Part shown: piece by piece, positions 4,384 through 6,087 of the stretch
Layout: every line of letters begins with the position of its first letter
Numbering within the stretch: the stretch's first letter is position 1
From: Escherichia phage alpha3
Sequence record: NC_001330.1
Length of the DNA: 6,087 bases
Reading direction: 5' to 3' (one strand)
Translations under genes and position numbers: made by a program
The notes under the pieces: generated by a model
What the model was told of the DNA's origin: nothing
Seen by the model: the letters and a program-made list of their open reading frames with translations, nothing else
The model's database searches: none

Positions 4384-4395
4384 AAGGATTTATCT

Positions 4396-4959
4396 ATGTA
4401 TCAGAATTTTGTCACTAAGCATGATACTGCCATTCAGACTTCCCGTTTTTCTGTTACTGGCAATGTTATTCCTGCTGCTCCTACTGGTAATATTCCTGTC
4501 ATCAATGGTGGTAGTATTACCGCTGAGCGTGCTGTTGTTAATCTTTACGCTAATATGAATGTTAGCACTTCTTCTGATGGTTCTTTCATTGTTGCTATGA
4601 AGGTTGATACTTCTCCGACTGACCCTAATTGTGTCATCTCTGCTGGTGTTAACCTTAGTTTTGCTGGTACCTCATACCCGATTGTTGGTATTGTTCGTTT
4701 TGAGTCTGCTTCTGAACAGCCTACTTCTATTGCTGGTAGTGAAGTTGAGCATTACCCAATTGAAATGTCTGTTGGTTCTGGTGGTGTTTGTTCTGCTCGC
4801 GATTGTGCTACTGTTGATATTCATCCTCGTACTTCTGGTAATAATGTTTTTGTTGGTGTGATTTGTTCTAGCGCTAAATGGACCTCCGGTCGTGTGATTG
4901 GTACCATCGCTACGACTCAGGTTATTCATGAATACCAAGTCCTTCAGCCGCTTAAATAA
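4396..4959 (+). CDS. G: Major spike protein G, 187 aa
   Basis: The N-terminus [11 protein letters not shown] and the C-terminus (RFESAS...[12 protein letters not shown]...VLQPLK) are similar to phiX174/G4 G (MFQTFISRHN...RFESS...PRTPGNNVYVG...CLQPLK). AAGGA (4384-4388) with a 7-nt spacer. The track's upstream ATG 4366 lies in the hairpin. Confidence 0.92.
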
Positions 4960-4984
4960 AAGGCTGCCGCACTCCCGGTTAGAT

Positions 4985-5069
4985 GCCTGCCCAGTGTAGG
5001 GCAGACCGAGCCGTACGGAGATACCCGATAAACTAGGAACGTGGAAGGCGTTAGCCGCCTTCCCTCCTG
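4985..5069 (+). other. Putative complementary (-) strand origin: primase (DnaG) recognition region in the G-H spacer
   Basis: The 135-nt G-H spacer contains a 6-bp hairpin CTGCCC/GGGCAG (4987-5004, loop AGTGTA), the palindrome CCGTACGG (5011-5018), and an 8-bp hairpin GGAAGGCG/CGCCTTCC (5043-5063, loop TTAGC) followed 4 nt later by CTG (5067-5069). G4-type origins are hairpins with a 5'-CTG-3' primer start on their 3' side. Confidence 0.45.
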
Positions 5070-5094
5070 CTAAGCCCAAAAAGGAGTTACAGCG

Positions 5095-6087
5095 ATGTTA
5101 GGTGCCGTTGTTGGTGGCATTGCCTCAGCCTTAGCTAGTGGTGCCGCTTCGAAATTATTTGGAGGCTCTCAGCGTGGAGTTTCTGTTATGCAGCAAGGTG
5201 CCGAGTCTGCCGGATTGACTAACGGCGGCGGCGCCATTTCTATGGATAATGACCAAGGTATTCAGTCTGCTATTCAAGGCTCGAATGTTCCTCCTGCTGG
5301 TCAGCTTCCTGAGTCTCAGAACTCTGGTGTTATGGCTGATGCTGGTAACATGCTTCGTAATGCTGGAAAGTCTTTGCTTGACGGAACTATTCAGGCTGGT
5401 TCTGATAAAGTTAAGCAAGCACTTATTGATAAGTTGATTGGAGGTAATGATGCTAAAGACCGAGGAAAGGCAACCCGCGATTACTTGGCTGCGGCCTTCC
5501 CTGAGCTCAACCCATGGGAACGTGCTGGAGCTGGTGCTTCCACTGCCGGGTTAGAATCTTCTGCTCAGAATCAGCAGAAAGAGATGCTGAAGATGCAATT
5601 GGATAATCAGAAAGATATTGCAAAAATGCAGATGGATAACAATTTGCAGATTGCTGGTATTCAGTCTGCCACTTCTCGTCAAAATACGAAGGATTCTGTT
5701 TATGCCCAGAATGAGATGCTTCAGTATAATCAACGTGAGTCGCAGGCACGCGTTGCGTCTATCCTCGCCAACACTGACCTCACGACTAAACAGGCTACCC
5801 ATGAAATCATGAGGATGGCCCTTACCCGTGCTCAGGAGACTGGTCAGCATTTGACTAACTCTCAGATTATGGCTTTGGAGAAAAAGGTCTATGCAGAAAT
5901 TGGAAAAATTCATCAAGATACTCAAAACTCTCGCTATGGTAGCTCTCAAGTTACTGCCGCTGCGAAAGATGTTACGAATATGATTACCGATGCCGCTTCA
6001 GGTGCTTCTGATTGGGTTTCTCAGCAGTGGAATTCGTTCTTTAAGGATGGTAAGTCCAACGGTATTTCCCTTAATACCAGAAAATAA
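5095..6087 (+). CDS. H: Minor spike / DNA pilot protein H, 330 aa
   Basis: Glycine-rich hydrophobic N-terminus MLGAVVGGIASALASGAASKLFGG (phiX174 H: MFGAIAGGIASALAGGAMSKLFGG), a conserved central block (RDYLAAAFPEL, IAGIQSATSRQNTKD, VYAQNEML) and the C-terminus KDGKSNGISLNTRK. AAGGAG (5081-5086) with an 8-nt spacer. The stop is the last codon of the window. Confidence 0.95.
   Translation: MLGAVVGGIASALASGAASKLFGGSQRGVSVMQQGAESAGLTNGGGAISMDNDQGIQSAIQGSNVPPAGQLPESQNSGVMADAGNMLRNAGKSLLDGTIQAGSDKVKQALIDKLIGGNDAKDRGKATRDYLAAAFPELNPWERAGAGASTAGLESSAQNQQKEMLKMQLDNQKDIAKMQMDNNLQIAGIQSATSRQNTKDSVYAQNEMLQYNQRESQARVASILANTDLTTKQATHEIMRMALTRAQETGQHLTNSQIMALEKKVYAEIGKIHQDTQNSRYGSSQVTAAAKDVTNMITDAASGASDWVSQQWNSFFKDGKSNGISLNTRK

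Noticed and set aside
4366-4395. N-terminal extension of G from the upstream in-frame ATG 4366 ([10 protein letters not shown]...)
   Set aside because: Same reasoning: ATG inside the hairpin module, ribosome-binding site positioned for ATG 4396, and G homologs begin MFQ/MYQ.
781-5812. Hydrophobic L/V/I/F-rich shifted-frame ORFs inside A, F, G and H on the + strand (781-1026, 1324-1632, 3476-3919, 4028-4354, 4604-4861, 5249-5437, 5618-5812)
   Set aside because: Expected by-product of T-rich third codon positions, which put T at position 2 in the +1 frame and so yield hydrophobic codons. None has a convincing ribosome-binding site or recognisable similarity. E shows that real overprinted genes of this kind exist, so 4028-4354 (108 aa) and 4604-4861 (85 aa) cannot be fully excluded without comparative data.
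741-5949. All other minus-strand ORFs in the track (741-1031, 1317-1799, 2222-2434, 2497-2772, 3241-3678, 3991-4242, 4672-5079, 5155-5418, 5507-5749, 5551-5949)
   Set aside because: Microvirus genes are all on the viral strand. These lie antisense to well-supported genes, lack ribosome-binding sites and have compositionally skewed products.
1-6087. CRISPR arrays, tRNA/rRNA genes, insertion sequences, inverted terminal repeats
   Set aside because: No direct-repeat/spacer periodicity, no cloverleaf-like or rRNA-like segments and no transposase-like ORF. The genome is fully accounted for by microvirus genes plus the structured spacers.

Overview
The window reads as a complete, linearised genome of a phiX174/G4/alpha3-type microvirus (ssDNA coliphage, Bullavirinae), all genes on the + strand. 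The canonical gene set is present in the canonical order: A (with internal A*), B, K, C, D, E, J, F, G, H. Assignments rest on protein similarity to phiX174 proteins as I recall them, Shine-Dalgarno motifs and the characteristic overlaps (B inside A, E inside D, K across the A/C junction, B-stop/K-start TGATG). The 24-aa J, 431-aa F, 187-aa G and the 6087-nt length point to the alpha3-like clade; I recall alpha3 being about this size but cannot verify it here. The window starts one base after the H stop codon, so positions 1-758 are the H-A intergenic region of the circular genome. This region is the main point of interest: it contains four tightly coupled small ORFs (66-209, 206-433, 437-526, 523-699) with the same T-rich third-codon-position bias as the structural genes, and three of them have good ribosome-binding sites. 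They are flanked by a stem-loop/T-run after H and by a pA promoter whose -10 box abuts a terminator-like hairpin in the gene A leader. Other features are the rolling-circle (+) origin inside gene A, a pD-like promoter, two near-identical UUCG-tetraloop hairpins ahead of F and G, and a structured G-H spacer that fits a primase-dependent complementary-strand origin. No rRNA, tRNA, CRISPR array or transposable element is visible. All minus-strand ORFs in the track look like antisense artefacts.
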